Part shown: piece by piece, positions 33,408-44,548 of the stretch | Numbering within the stretch: position 1 is the first letter of the stretch | Layout of the letters: each line of letters starts with the position of its first letter | Assembly (NCBI GenBank): GCA_965198175.1 | Contig: OZ240245.1 | Coordinates: 2,144,001 to 2,208,000, forward strand | Source: Candidatus Poribacteria bacterium | GTDB taxonomy: Bacteria; Poribacteria; WGA-4E; PCPOR2b | DNA: 64,000 nt | Reading direction: 5' to 3' | The notes under the pieces: model-generated | What the model was told of the DNA's origin: nothing | Databases searched by the model: none | Seen by the model: the letters and a program-made list of their open reading frames with translations, nothing else | Made by a program: the position numbers and the translations under genes

Positions 33408-34487
33408 TCATGCCTCCCAGAGCAAGTTAATTGCGCTTGCCTTGATGATAATGTAACATACCATCCCTTCTACAAGGGCAAGTTCATTGAGGGCTTCACT
33501 CGTAATCCCTATGGAAAACAGATGGTCTTCAACATCTACGGACAACATCACACGACCTCCTTGGTCAGCAATCTGCCAAATCGTCCCGCTCAAAATATTG
33601 CGAGCGCTAATAGAGAGGTGGCGATCTGTAGCGACGATAATATCCTGCGCTCTGATGGCAACGGGAACTAAGTCCCCAACCTTTACTTGGGTATAGGGTA
33701 CAAACAGTTTCTGTGTTCCGAGTGCTAGTTCGGTCACGCCACGCCGTTCGTGAGACGCGACAATCGGTAAAGAGAAGACATTTTCGACTCCCGTTAGCAG
33801 TGCGACGGGTAAAACCGAGGGTGTCATCAACAGTTTATAGGGTTCTCCGTGTGCGATGATGCGACCGTCAGACAGCCAAAAGCCTTCATCTGCCAGTGTC
33901 ATCGCTTCCGCAACGGAATGGGTCACGTAAAGGATGGGTATGTCAAAGACCTGTTTGATGTGATATAAGTAAGGCAGGATGCGATTTTTTAATCCCAAGT
34001 CGAGGGAAGCCAACGGTTCATCCATCAATAACATCCGTGGGCACATCGCTAGTGCACGCGCCGTCGCAACCCGCTGACGCTGTCCACCGGAAAGCTGGTG
34101 GGGATAACGCGTTAAGAGGTCGCCAATCTCAAGGATGTCGATGATTAGCTCTGGATCAATCTCAAGATCTCTGCGCAATCGACGGGGGCAGCCGTAGAGG
34201 ATATTTTTCTGGACAGTGAGATGCGGAAAGAGATGCCCCTCTTGAAAAACATACCCGAAACCTCGTCGCTCCGGTGGGAGTTGCACCTTCTGCTTCGATG
34301 CGTACAGTGTCTGACCGTTGAAGGAAAGCTCTCCTCCATCCGGATGCAAGATGCCGCTGATACAGTTGAGCAGTGTACTCTTACCACTGCCCGAAGGTCC
34401 AAAAAATGCGCTGACTTTTTTGGTAATCGTGTGATCTACCTCGAGCTTAAAACTGCCAAGCTGCTTACGGAAACTGAGTTTTAACAT
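33408..34487 (-). CDS. modC: Molybdate ABC transporter ATP-binding protein
   Basis: GPSGSGKS, LSGGQRQR, LLMDEP, TOBE-region SARN motif. Confidence 0.9.
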   Translation of the reverse strand: MLKLSFRKQLGSFKLEVDHTITKKVSAFFGPSGSGKSTLLNCISGILHPDGGELSFNGQTLYASKQKVQLPPERRGFGYVFQEGHLFPHLTVQKNILYGCPRRLRRDLEIDPELIIDILEIGDLLTRYPHQLSGGQRQRVATARALAMCPRMLLMDEPLASLDLGLKNRILPYLYHIKQVFDIPILYVTHSVAEAMTLADEGFWLSDGRIIAHGEPYKLLMTPSVLPVALLTGVENVFSLPIVASHERRGVTELALGTQKLFVPYTQVKVGDLVPVAIRAQDIIVATDRHLSISARNILSGTIWQIADQGGRVMLSVDVEDHLFSIGITSEALNELALVEGMVCYIIIKASAINLLWEA

Positions 34488-34677
34488 AGTGTGGACGAAT
34501 TCATAGATTCGGTCGGAAGCAAGCTATTATCACTATGTAAAAAGCTGTACAAACGTACGACACACAGGTGAAATGTGAAAACGGAATTGCTAATATACAT
34601 TTCTCCTAATGGTTTACGCGACACCTAGTAAAACAACGGGCAGGATGGAAGAAACTTGAGTGATTTTACAGAATTAT

Positions 34678-35358
34678 TCAAAACTCCGGTGTTTCCTCCT
34701 CGAAATCTTCTATTTCTTCCGTTGGCGATTCAATCTCCATTTGCTTTTCTAGAGGTTCTGTTTTCTCTTCAACTGCTTCCGCCCTTTCAGTGTTTTCGCG
34801 TTTTTTGTCATCTTTATTTTCTAATCCGTATAATTCAATTTCATGAATCAGGGTATTCGCACGCTTCACCTGACGTCCTCTCATTACACCGCTTGGTGTA
34901 GGTACACCAGGCATCCGCTGGTCATCGAATGTGCCGCCAACCTGCAATCGAATTCGATCCGTAACGGCACTCACTCGCAAATCAAGCGTCGGCTCGCGGT
35001 TATTCTTCACCTGCTTAACCACTTTCCAATGCCCCTGACCGCCTAGTCCGCCCAGTCCCTGGTAGACGATCACGTCCTCAATGTTTGTGCCTCTGATGAC
35101 AACTCGGTGAATCGGCTTTCGGGTTGGCAGTGTGACAATAATCCGGTGACCGGCTTTGTTGCCGGTTCCCAGATCGCCGTCAATCATCTCTAGCACGGGA
35201 TATTCAGAATTCTTGAAGACATAAGTACACCTTGTTCCATCAAGGGCAGCATGGTTTTCACTCCAGCCCTGCGGTAAAACGAGGTTGTTTACCAAACCCG
35301 AACATCCGACTGCAAAACAGGATAAGATGAACATGAATATGTGTAGGAGATATTTCAT
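34678..35358 (-). CDS. Putative lipoprotein, acidic tail
   Basis: Lipobox AVGC; IDGD...EIELYG pattern is reminiscent of a discoidin-like fold. Confidence 0.6.
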   Translation of the reverse strand: MKYLLHIFMFILSCFAVGCSGLVNNLVLPQGWSENHAALDGTRCTYVFKNSEYPVLEMIDGDLGTGNKAGHRIIVTLPTRKPIHRVVIRGTNIEDVIVYQGLGGLGGQGHWKVVKQVKNNREPTLDLRVSAVTDRIRLQVGGTFDDQRMPGVPTPSGVMRGRQVKRANTLIHEIELYGLENKDDKKRENTERAEAVEEKTEPLEKQMEIESPTEEIEDFEEETPEF

Positions 35359-36125
35359 TGCGATTTCTGGCAAGACTTTGCAAAAAGGTGTAATTCAACA
35401 GGATCGGTTTAGAGACCGTTATCCATTGACAATCCGATCGGCTCGTGATAAGATATTAAGCAGGTTTACTAAGGTGAAATAGAAGCCGGTCAGTGTTAAG
35501 TGAATGAGTTCGGAAATCAGGGGATTACAAATCCTTCTGTGCCTTCAACATCCTAATCTTCTTTGTTCATTTCATTTTTGAACCACAATTTAACAGATGC
35601 TGCTGCATAACAACCAGATTTAACAACGTTGGCTTTCCTTTTCCTGATGGTGAAGTGTAACAAAGTTTAGCTTCGTTTGCAAGCACAAAATCTCTGTACC
35701 GAAATGAGCTACCTAAGGGTATCAAAGCAACCCTTAAAGCTGACTACAATAATTGCCTTTGCGACACGATTTCGATACGGTCCTGAATTGAGCGAATAGA
35801 CCAACCCGGATAATGACATGACTCTCTTTTTCCTGATGAACCCCTCAACAGCCGAGTGAGATCTGGCAACTACTCTATTGTTAGCTTTCCTCCGTAGCAG
35901 ATTGGAATCTGTTGCCTTGTTCACGTTTTGCCTGTAAACACGGACATGTATCAGGTGCGGGATTGCCCTCTATCTCCACCCCAATAAAGTAATGGCTTCT
36001 GCGTGAACAAGGAACCTCCCACTTTTGTGGGCGAGCTATAAAACCCTTCGAACAGCCGTTATCCGTATCAATGGGCAATCCTTATTCTGCTTGCGCTTTA
36101 CGGAAGAATTAGTGGGGAGAGACAG

Positions 36126-36542
36126 ATGCCATTTAGAATTTGTCCAACAGCCACTTCAGACGCATCGACGACTTTTCAGATTGAGTTGGATCCGCGTGCG
36201 ATTACAGCGATGGGGGAGATTGAAAGCTGCGGCGCACGGGGTGCGAAGCGTGAAGTAATATTGCGCAAACATCTCGGCACAGATTACGATAAGGGATACC
36301 GAGGAACAGCATGGGGGCGATTCGGATTTTCAGAAGGACTTACTCCCGCGAAACTAGCTGAAATGCTCGTTGAACATGGAGAATCTTTTGATCCATGCGC
36401 TGAACGCGAGACATTCGATTACAGCATGATGATTAACGTCGAGTCGGAGTTGGGTTCCCAATTGGAATTTGTCTCTGAACACATATTGAACGCCATTACG
36501 GAGGCGTACAAGGGGCGGATTATCGAGCGGATAGATCATTAA
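36126..36542 (+). CDS. Hypothetical protein (start uncertain)
   Basis: Open frame with protein-like composition, co-oriented with downstream gene. Confidence 0.4.
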   Translation: MPFRICPTATSDASTTFQIELDPRAITAMGEIESCGARGAKREVILRKHLGTDYDKGYRGTAWGRFGFSEGLTPAKLAEMLVEHGESFDPCAERETFDYSMMINVESELGSQLEFVSEHILNAITEAYKGRIIERIDH

Positions 36543-36584
36543 TGATGGCATCTAGATGCTTAATTCGACTATCTTGAGGGACCC

Positions 36585-37688
36585 GTGTTTATGGATGAAA
36601 CTACAAAAATCGCCTTGATTGGAATCACACACCCGCACGCAGTTGCGCATTTGAAAACGCTTAACTGGATTAATTCAGTTACTAGTGTTCCGATTTATGA
36701 TTCAGATGAATGCGCGTTGCAGGATTTCAAGGAGAGACCGGAAGGAAAGAAGGTCGAAAAAAGTTATACCAATCTTGATGCGCTGTTAGAGCGAAGCGAC
36801 GTGCGGGTGCTATTCGTCTGTCTACGCAATGACGAAACGCCTGATGTCCTCATCCGCGCGGCAGAAGCGGGAAAGCATATTGTTGTCGAAAAACCTGTCG
36901 CCCGGTGTGCTAAAGAGCTTGAACCTGCGTTGCAAGCTGTAAAGAAGGCGGGTGTCAAATTGACGGTTTGTTTTCAGAACCGTTATCACCCTGTCTCCCA
37001 AGCAATCTACAAACTAGTCGCAGAGGGTATTTTGGGTCAGCCGATGGGCGTTGAGATACGCTTGGTTACATCTCAGGTAAAGCATCGCAACCCAGAGCAT
37101 TGGTTGTTCAAAAAAGAGTCCGCCGGAGGCGGCATTCTTTCGTGGCTTGGTTGTCACTATCTAGACTTGATTTGCTACTTCATGCGGGAAGAAATTACTG
37201 AAGTCAGCGCTGTCTTGGCTACACGTAGTGGTGTAGCCATTGATGTTGAAGATTCGGCATCGCTCTCCCTACGTTTTCAGAGTGGAATGATTGGAACGCT
37301 TCAGGCGGGTTATATGTTGCCGTTCAGCGGGCAAGGCTACTTGGGACCGTCATACGATACCTACATTGCTATTCGTGGTACAGCGGGTAATATCGTTTGG
37401 GACCCGACACAAGAGGGCACCCCTTCCTTTTCCGCCGAAAGTACGATTCCTGCGTGGGAAGCGTCTCACCATCGAACTTTCCGATACGAACTCCCCCAAT
37501 GTGATGCTTATGGTGGCGTACATGGCGTGCAATTTGTCCAGGATTTTCTAGACGCAATCCAAAGAGACACTGAACCGATGATTACCGGCAGCGACATGCT
37601 TCGTGTTTTGCGCGTTATCGACGCTGCCTATGAATCGAACAAAACCGGTCGTCATGTGCAAATTAAATGGGAAGGGCAATCCACATGA
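36585..37688 (+). CDS. Gfo/Idh/MocA-family oxidoreductase
   Basis: HIVVEKP, GGGILSWLGCHYLD. Confidence 0.88.
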   Translation: MFMDETTKIALIGITHPHAVAHLKTLNWINSVTSVPIYDSDECALQDFKERPEGKKVEKSYTNLDALLERSDVRVLFVCLRNDETPDVLIRAAEAGKHIVVEKPVARCAKELEPALQAVKKAGVKLTVCFQNRYHPVSQAIYKLVAEGILGQPMGVEIRLVTSQVKHRNPEHWLFKKESAGGGILSWLGCHYLDLICYFMREEITEVSAVLATRSGVAIDVEDSASLSLRFQSGMIGTLQAGYMLPFSGQGYLGPSYDTYIAIRGTAGNIVWDPTQEGTPSFSAESTIPAWEASHHRTFRYELPQCDAYGGVHGVQFVQDFLDAIQRDTEPMITGSDMLRVLRVIDAAYESNKTGRHVQIKWEGQST

Positions 37689-37811
37689 ACATCATTGCAT
37701 GAGTTAGGAAGAATAAGCTATGAAGCCGTTTAATCTCCTCAGTCGAGCGTGGGAAAGAGCTGAAGAGAAACCGCTTCTCGTAGGCAAAGATGGCCTATCA
37801 AGGGCAATTAT

Positions 37812-38309
37812 ATGACACAATTGAATTACACCTGTTTCAAATCTCCGTTTGGATGGGTTGTTGTTGCGGGTTCAAATCGAGGCATCGCACGAATTATGTT
37901 TGGCGCTTCAACTGAAGCAGAAGTTGAAGGTTTGCTGGTTAATGAAATGCAGGCAGTCAAATCCCATTCGGGTTTATCGGAAGCTGTCAATCTCCTCACA
38001 CAGTACTTTAACGGCACACTTGTGGATTTCGCGCTCGATCTCGACTTGAGTGCTGGAACACAATTCCAAATCGCCGCTTGGGAAACAGCCCGTCAGATTC
38101 CCTATGGATCGGTTCGAAGCTATAGTTGGATTGCGCGAGAGATTGGAAAGCCAAAAGGAGCACGAGCTGTTGGTCAGGCAATGGGCGCCAACCCGCTGTC
38201 AATCATTGTTCCGTGCCATCGCGTCATCCGTAGCGATGGAGATCTCGGCGGTTATTCAGGGGGGCTACACTGGAAGCGTCAACTGCTTGCACTGGAAGGA
38301 AAAACATAG
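37812..38309 (+). CDS. ogt: Methylated-DNA-protein-cysteine methyltransferase
   Basis: IPYG, RAVG, PCHRV. Confidence 0.93.
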   Translation: MTQLNYTCFKSPFGWVVVAGSNRGIARIMFGASTEAEVEGLLVNEMQAVKSHSGLSEAVNLLTQYFNGTLVDFALDLDLSAGTQFQIAAWETARQIPYGSVRSYSWIAREIGKPKGARAVGQAMGANPLSIIVPCHRVIRSDGDLGGYSGGLHWKRQLLALEGKT

Positions 38310-38501
38310 GGATTTCATACAGATTATACGAGATGATAATGCCTTGCACACTGACCTTGTACAGCGTCAGACAAATGTTGGCAGTGTGTCGTCCCATCCG
38401 CGTGAAATAAAAGCATAAGGCGGATTAGAGTGATTTCTGTAGTCTGTCGTATTAGTGATTCTCTATCACACATTTATACATGAAAAATACAGTGGAGTGA
38501 A

Positions 38502-39644
38502 ATGAAAAAACACTTCCTATTCACCCCGGGCCCAACGCCCATCCCTCCAGAATCGTTGCTGGCGATGGCAAGCCAGATCGATTACCATAGATCAGCTGAA
38601 GCTGTGGTGCAGATTAAAGACGTATCCGAAAAGCTCAAACAGGTGTTCCAAACCCAGAATGATGTGCTGATTTTGACTTCATCGGGAACCGGTGCAATGG
38701 AAAGTGTCGTGGCAAATCTCCTTTCCCGTGGCGATGAGGTCGTTGTCATTCGAAGCGGCAAATTCGGGGAGCGATGGGGTGAAATTTGTTCGGCGTACGG
38801 AGTCGAGTTTTTTCCAATCGATCTTGAGTGGGGTGAATCCGTTGAGCCGCAGATGGTTGCAGACCTCCTCAATAAACGCCCAGACGCGAAGGCTGTATTC
38901 TCAACCCTTTGCGAAACTTCGACAGGCGCATTACATGATATTAAAAGTCTAGGAGAGATTACTAGACGCAGACCTACATTACTAGTTGTTGATGCAGTCA
39001 GCGCGCTCGGTGCCGATGATTTTCAGATGGACAGTTGGGGTGTTGATGTTGTTATCTCATGCTCTCACAAGGGACTGATGACACCGCCAGGACTTGCCTT
39101 TGCTGTGCTCAGCCAATCGGCTTGGGAAGCATCAAAAAATGCAACACTTCCCAAATACTATTTCGACCTTCGGAAGGCACAGCAGGCAAGCTGGGACGGT
39201 TCAGCACCTTATACCCCAGCGATTACGTTCATCACTGCCCTACAGCGTGCCTTGAATCGGATAAGTGCAGATGGCATCCGGAACGTCATCACACGTCACG
39301 CCTGTCTCGCTGAAGCGACGCGAAGCGCTGTTAAGACGATTGGACTGAATATCTTCGCGACGAAGCCAGCAAACACGTTGACCTCCATTCGCCTTCCCGA
39401 GCAAATTGATGGTGTGAGATTTGTGAAGATGATGCGAGAAAAACACGGGATTACTCTCGCAGGGGGGCAGGGCAAGCTGCGCGGGAAAATCATCCGAATC
39501 GCCCACCTCGGCTGGATGGGTGAATACGATATAATTGTAGCAATCGCTGCACTTGAGAGAGGGTTGACGGAGATTGGCAAAGAGGTCCCGCTCGGCGCCG
39601 GCGTTACCGCGGCTCAAGAAGTTTTTCATCGAAAATCTCAATGA
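38502..39644 (+). CDS. Class V PLP aminotransferase (alanine/serine-glyoxylate type)
   Basis: TPGPT, SGTGAME, ETSTG, DAVS, SHKGLMTPPG, GGQG...IRIAHLG. Confidence 0.9.
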   Translation: MKKHFLFTPGPTPIPPESLLAMASQIDYHRSAEAVVQIKDVSEKLKQVFQTQNDVLILTSSGTGAMESVVANLLSRGDEVVVIRSGKFGERWGEICSAYGVEFFPIDLEWGESVEPQMVADLLNKRPDAKAVFSTLCETSTGALHDIKSLGEITRRRPTLLVVDAVSALGADDFQMDSWGVDVVISCSHKGLMTPPGLAFAVLSQSAWEASKNATLPKYYFDLRKAQQASWDGSAPYTPAITFITALQRALNRISADGIRNVITRHACLAEATRSAVKTIGLNIFATKPANTLTSIRLPEQIDGVRFVKMMREKHGITLAGGQGKLRGKIIRIAHLGWMGEYDIIVAIAALERGLTEIGKEVPLGAGVTAAQEVFHRKSQ

Positions 39645-39836
39645 TGATTGATTAACCACCAATCTTTGGAAGGGGTGTGTAATGCGTACTGTTCGTGCCA
39701 ATACGTCATGTTCCTGATACTTCAGGAGAATCACGTAATCCTACGCATTACCTACTTCGTTTGGGCGTTAAACAGGTATTAGCAGCGATTGTGCGGATTC
39801 CCACGGGAATCGTGATAGCACAAATTTCTGTGCTGT

Positions 39837-40328
39837 TTGTCCCACCATAAGGAGTTTGTTGTCATGCGGAGAGGCGCGCAATGGGTTCCTCCACAAAACG
39901 CAGAACAGTTTAAGAAATATCTGAAAAGCAACAAATTCAAGATTACCTCTGAGCGTCTAGCGATTCTTGAACAGGTCTTTGCCTACGACGACCACTTTCG
40001 AGCAGAGGATCTTTTGGTTCGCATGCGCCAAAACGGATATCAGGTTTCCAGAGCGACAATCTATCGGACACTGCCCCTGCTTGTCAAAAGCGGTCTCCTA
40101 ACTGAAGTAATTGATGCACAAAAGCAGTCTCATTATGAACATATCAATGCGCTTCAACAACAGCATGCCCACCTAATCTGCCTGCGGTGTGGAAAACTCA
40201 TCGAGTTCAATAACGTTGAAATTGACACGCTCCAAGAATTGGTTTGTAAGGCGTATGGGTTTAAACCAATCAAATACAGAAATGAGATTTTGGGATACTG
40301 TTTTGAGTGCCAAGCAGAGGGACTATAA
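39837..40328 (+). CDS. fur: Fur-family transcriptional regulator (start uncertain)
   Basis: SRATIYRTL, HAHLICxxC, C-terminal CxxC. Confidence 0.88.
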   Translation: MSHHKEFVVMRRGAQWVPPQNAEQFKKYLKSNKFKITSERLAILEQVFAYDDHFRAEDLLVRMRQNGYQVSRATIYRTLPLLVKSGLLTEVIDAQKQSHYEHINALQQQHAHLICLRCGKLIEFNNVEIDTLQELVCKAYGFKPIKYRNEILGYCFECQAEGL

Positions 40329-40506
40329 GCAACGCAACCGGCTCAGAACTAGGAACTCGGGAGGTTCTCAAGCTTAAAAAAGCGACCCAGTCCCAAAAAT
40401 GAGGAGAGAAATTGCTTGACGAATTCGGACGAATAAGTTATCAATTATCTGTGAGAGGCGGTAAACCCAATCACCAGAAGTCAATCCGAGGAGGATACAC
40501 ATCTAA

Positions 40507-41733
40507 ATGACAACCGCTGAGATCAAAGCGATGGCGACAGAGTACATTATAAACACTTACGGCGAGCGAAATCTCGCGCTTGTACGAGGGGAAGGTCCCT
40601 ACGTTTGGAATGCTGATGGGGTAAGATATCTCGATTTCCTGGGTGGATTAGCGGTCAACGGCCTGGGACACTGCCATCCAAAGATTGTTGCTGCGATTCG
40701 TGACCAGGCAGGTAAACTGATCCATGTCTCTAATCTTTACTACATTGAACCACAAGCGCAGTTGGCGAAGCTGCTAATCGACAACTGTGATATGGACCAA
40801 TGCTTTTTCTGCAACAGTGGTGCGGAGGCAAACGAAGCGGCAATCAAGTTAGCGCGGAAGTATGCCAAAGACGTGGATATAAGGTCACTACGTCTCGAAA
40901 AATTCCCGGACGACGGAACAGATCCCTACGAAATCATCACGATGGAGAATTCGTTCCATGGGCGAACGATGGCGACTATCACTGCGACTGCACAGACGAA
41001 ATACCACAGCGGGTTTGAACCAATGCTTGAGGGCTTTAAATATGTGCCGTATGACAATCTTGGCGCAGCCGAAGCCGCAATTAGTAGAAAAACATGCGCC
41101 ATTTTGGTGGAACCGATTCAGTCCGAAGGCGGTGTGAATGTACCGAGTGACGGATATCTCAAAGGCTTGCGGGAAATCTGTGATGAATATAATCTGCTGC
41201 TAATCTTCGACGAAGTCCAGACCGCAATGGGACGTTTGGGCACGCTGTTTGGGTATCAGAGTTATGGCGTCATCCCCGATATTATCACGATGGCAAAATT
41301 CCTCGGCGGCGGTGTCGCGATTGGGGCGATGCTTGCAACAAAATACATCGCTGAGAGCTTCACCCCCGGCACGCATGCTGCGACCTTCGGCGGAAATCCG
41401 TTGGCAAGCACCGCGGCGTATGCCACAGCGAGAACTGTTATTGATGAAAATTTGGGGGACAATGCGATTAAAATGGGCGCCTATTTGACAGAAAAGTTGA
41501 TGGAGCTTAAAGGGAAGTACCCAATTCAAGAAGTCCGAGGGAGAGGCTTGTTGCTTGGATTGGTGTTGTCAGTAGATGCCAATGCACTTGCCGCCCGATG
41601 TATTGAAAATGGCTTAATCACAATCTGCACGAACAATTATGTCCTCCGCTTTCTGCCACCGATTAACATCAACAAAGCGCACGTTGACGAAGCGGTTTCG
41701 ATTGTCGAAAGATCGCTCGCTGAGACAATTTAA
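40507..41733 (+). CDS. argD: Acetylornithine aminotransferase
   Basis: NSGAEANE, FHGRT, EPIQSEGG, DEVQT, TFGGNP. Confidence 0.9.
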   Translation: MTTAEIKAMATEYIINTYGERNLALVRGEGPYVWNADGVRYLDFLGGLAVNGLGHCHPKIVAAIRDQAGKLIHVSNLYYIEPQAQLAKLLIDNCDMDQCFFCNSGAEANEAAIKLARKYAKDVDIRSLRLEKFPDDGTDPYEIITMENSFHGRTMATITATAQTKYHSGFEPMLEGFKYVPYDNLGAAEAAISRKTCAILVEPIQSEGGVNVPSDGYLKGLREICDEYNLLLIFDEVQTAMGRLGTLFGYQSYGVIPDIITMAKFLGGGVAIGAMLATKYIAESFTPGTHAATFGGNPLASTAAYATARTVIDENLGDNAIKMGAYLTEKLMELKGKYPIQEVRGRGLLLGLVLSVDANALAARCIENGLITICTNNYVLRFLPPININKAHVDEAVSIVERSLAETI

Positions 41734-41823
41734 GTTGACCTTAACAGCTTGGCTGCACCATCGAAAAAGCGTTGAGATTAGGTTGAGCGGGAAGCTAGTT
41801 AGGAGAGAAGCGAAGGCGAAAAA

Positions 41824-42696
41824 TTGAGTTCACGGCTTGCAAAGTACGCATTACGTATTACATTCTGTGTATCGCTCTTCACACGTTTCATTATCCCACC
41901 AATTATTCTCTGTATCCTTCCCCTTGGTGGATGTAGCAGCCCAAATGCTAACTTTCAGTTGTCCCCCGTGGACGCTGAAAAGTTAAATCCTATTCTCGAT
42001 GCTCTACGGGTGAACTACGATCTCACCTCGACCCTAAAAATGGCGATGAAGGTCACAATTGAAGAGGAGGACCAAAAGGATGAGATTCGCGTACATCTTT
42101 GGTACAAAAAATCAGAGAAAGATGGAGATTTACTGCACATTCAAGCGATGGGACCGTATAATGAACCCCGTGTGATTGCGATTGCAGCACGGGATAAATT
42201 TCTACTGCGTTACCACAATGAGAATGAAGTCATCATCCAACCTCTAGCGGACGGCGTGCTACAGGATATTTTTGGGATAGATTTACGTGTCTCTGATGTT
42301 CGCAACACAATCTTCGCCAATCCTTTCCTCAATGGTTCCACAGAAAAATTATCACTAGCGCGATCCGGCATGAAATATGTAGTGAGACGTCCGAGCGCGA
42401 AAGCGGGAGAAATCGAGATAATCACCATCTTCATGCGAGATTCAGATCCGACCGTTAAAGATTGGGACATAGTGAATCGATCGGGAGAAATTATTCAAAA
42501 GATAAGGTTTTCAGACTACCGCGATGTCGGTGGTATTCTTCGTCCGCATAAGGTTGAAGTTGAGCGCCCGATTGAAAATACGCGCGTCGTTCTGCAAGTC
42601 ATCAAACCGGAAATCAACTCGGAGATTAGCGATACGAAGTTCGAATTTGACCGATTGTTGGATGAAAACACAAAAATTCGCTCTTTGGGAGAATAG
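41824..42696 (+). CDS. Putative lipoprotein, LolA/LolB-like fold
   Basis: Lipobox LGGC; FSDYRDVGG..RP; lolB-like position upstream of ispE. Confidence 0.55.
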   Translation: MSSRLAKYALRITFCVSLFTRFIIPPIILCILPLGGCSSPNANFQLSPVDAEKLNPILDALRVNYDLTSTLKMAMKVTIEEEDQKDEIRVHLWYKKSEKDGDLLHIQAMGPYNEPRVIAIAARDKFLLRYHNENEVIIQPLADGVLQDIFGIDLRVSDVRNTIFANPFLNGSTEKLSLARSGMKYVVRRPSAKAGEIEIITIFMRDSDPTVKDWDIVNRSGEIIQKIRFSDYRDVGGILRPHKVEVERPIENTRVVLQVIKPEINSEISDTKFEFDRLLDENTKIRSLGE

Positions 42697-43580
42697 TGGC
42701 TAACTCGGACCTACGCATACATGCACACGCCAAGATTAACCTATTCCTTGATGTTATTGGCAAACGCTCCGATGGGTATCACGAAATCGTAACCGTTTTT
42801 CACTCAATTGGGCTTCACGACGATGTGATTATCCGCAAACGCAGCGAGGTGGGGATTACGGTACACTGCGATAACCCGCAGGTTCCACTTGATGCACGCA
42901 ACCTCGCCCATCGCGCTGCGAAGTTGCTAATCGATCAAAGGCTAGATATTCCTGGTGTCGTAATTAACATTCAGAAAAGGATACCGGTTGCAGGTGGACT
43001 TGGAGGTGGAAGCACCAACGCAGCAGCAGTGCTTTGGGGTATGAACCAATTATTTGAATTGAATCTGACTCAACCGGAGTTAATGCGTTTAGGCGCGCGA
43101 CTCGGCGCAGATATACCATTTTGCTTATTGGGTGGTTCAGCCATCGGACGCGGTATTGGTGAGAATCTGGCACCTTTACCACCTCTGGCCAACGCTTGGA
43201 TTGTGCTAGCGAATCCCGGCTTCGGTATTTCTACTGCTTGGGTTTATGAAAATATCTGTTTCCCGTTGACGAAACCGTCAAAAAGTGTTAAAATCTTGAT
43301 TCGCCAATTGCGGAACGGTGAGCTTAAATCTACAGCCGTTCAGCTTTATAACAGGTTGGAAACGCCGGTTTATTCGAAGTATCCGTCGGTTGGTGAGTTA
43401 AAAACGCAACTGGCTCGATGTCCGGGGAGTTATGGGGCATTGATGTCTGGCAGCGGCGCGACCGTTTTTGCACTTGTGGAAAACCAATCTAAAGCCGATT
43501 CGGCTCTCTCTAACCTCGGCGATGAGGCAACTTTTGGGGTGGTAACGACTGTGAGTCCGGTCGGGCTCTGTCTCGCTTGA
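42696..43580 (+). CDS. ispE: 4-diphosphocytidyl-2-C-methyl-D-erythritol kinase
   Basis: AKINLFL, GYHEI, IPVAGGLGGGS, MSGSG. Confidence 0.95.
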   Translation: MANSDLRIHAHAKINLFLDVIGKRSDGYHEIVTVFHSIGLHDDVIIRKRSEVGITVHCDNPQVPLDARNLAHRAAKLLIDQRLDIPGVVINIQKRIPVAGGLGGGSTNAAAVLWGMNQLFELNLTQPELMRLGARLGADIPFCLLGGSAIGRGIGENLAPLPPLANAWIVLANPGFGISTAWVYENICFPLTKPSKSVKILIRQLRNGELKSTAVQLYNRLETPVYSKYPSVGELKTQLARCPGSYGALMSGSGATVFALVENQSKADSALSNLGDEATFGVVTTVSPVGLCLA

Positions 43581-43652
43581 TGGGCGGTGGCCAAGCGGTA
43601 AGGCACGGGTCTTTGGAACCCGTATGCGTAGGTTCGAATCCTACCCGCCCAG
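43581..43652 (+). tRNA. tRNA-Gln (TTG)
   Basis: TGGGCGG/CCGCCCA acceptor stem, CCAAGCGGTAAGG D-arm, CTTTGGA anticodon loop, GGTTCGAATCC; conserved position after ispE. Confidence 0.95.
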
Positions 43653-43885
43653 CATCTTCTATCCTCGGAGGCATCAACAATTGGGTAGGAAACCTTAGAA
43701 CCCTACTTTTGACCGGGATATTAGCTGTTCCAGCCCGGGGTTTTGTTCCGTTGCGTCGTAGAGATGTATCAAAAGCCGTAGCTCCCATGACAATAGCTAC
43801 GGTTTATTATTTTATTTGGAGAAATTTTGAAGAATTGATTTAGGTGCTTAAGTGGGATGGCGCATTCCAGAATTAGGAGAATATC

Positions 43886-44548
43886 ATGCGATTAGCTAGA
43901 CTTGAAGCTCAAAAACGGAGTATTTTTGGAAAAAGCGCGGGGAGAGGCCTCCGGCGAAGTGGGACCATCCCAGCGATTTTGTATGGGCGTCACGAAGATG
44001 TTATCCCCCTCCAGCTTGACTTGCGATCCTTTCAGCGGTTTCTTCAATCAAATGGCGAGAATGTGTTAATCGATTTGGACATTGCAAATCATGGACACGA
44101 AACCATTATGATTAAAGAAGTCCAACGCGATCCGGTTGAACAACGCTTGCTTCATACTGATTTTATCCGCATTTCACTTGAGGAACCGGTGACTTCGGCA
44201 GTCCCTATCGTTCTGGTCGGATCTGCTCGCGGACTTGAGGAAGGTGGTATCGTTGAGCTCGCCCATCGGCAACTCCACATCCGTTGTCTACCAACGATTT
44301 TACCTGACACCATTGAGGTTGATATTAGCGAATTGGACCTTGAAGACTTCATTCGGATTGAGGATTTGTCGCTCGATGATGGCGTTGAAATGTTAGATGC
44401 CCCTCAAACCATCGTTGTCTTGGTTAACCGACCAAGAGTTGAGACAGAGGCTGAACTTGGAGAGGATGTAGCCGGCGATGTGGATGAAACAGCCGTTGAC
44501 GAACCAGAACTTATCTCTCGGAAACGCGGCGAAGACGCGGACGAATGA
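43886..44548 (+). CDS. rplY: 50S ribosomal protein L25/Ctc
   Basis: LRRSG.IPAILYG, KEVQRDPV, HTDF, acidic tail. Confidence 0.95.
   Translation: MRLARLEAQKRSIFGKSAGRGLRRSGTIPAILYGRHEDVIPLQLDLRSFQRFLQSNGENVLIDLDIANHGHETIMIKEVQRDPVEQRLLHTDFIRISLEEPVTSAVPIVLVGSARGLEEGGIVELAHRQLHIRCLPTILPDTIEVDISELDLEDFIRIEDLSLDDGVEMLDAPQTIVVLVNRPRVETEAELGEDVAGDVDETAVDEPELISRKRGEDADE

Noticed and set aside
35480..36120. Long intergenic region as an ncRNA or gene
   Set aside because: No recognisable RNA motif or convincing ORF; left unannotated
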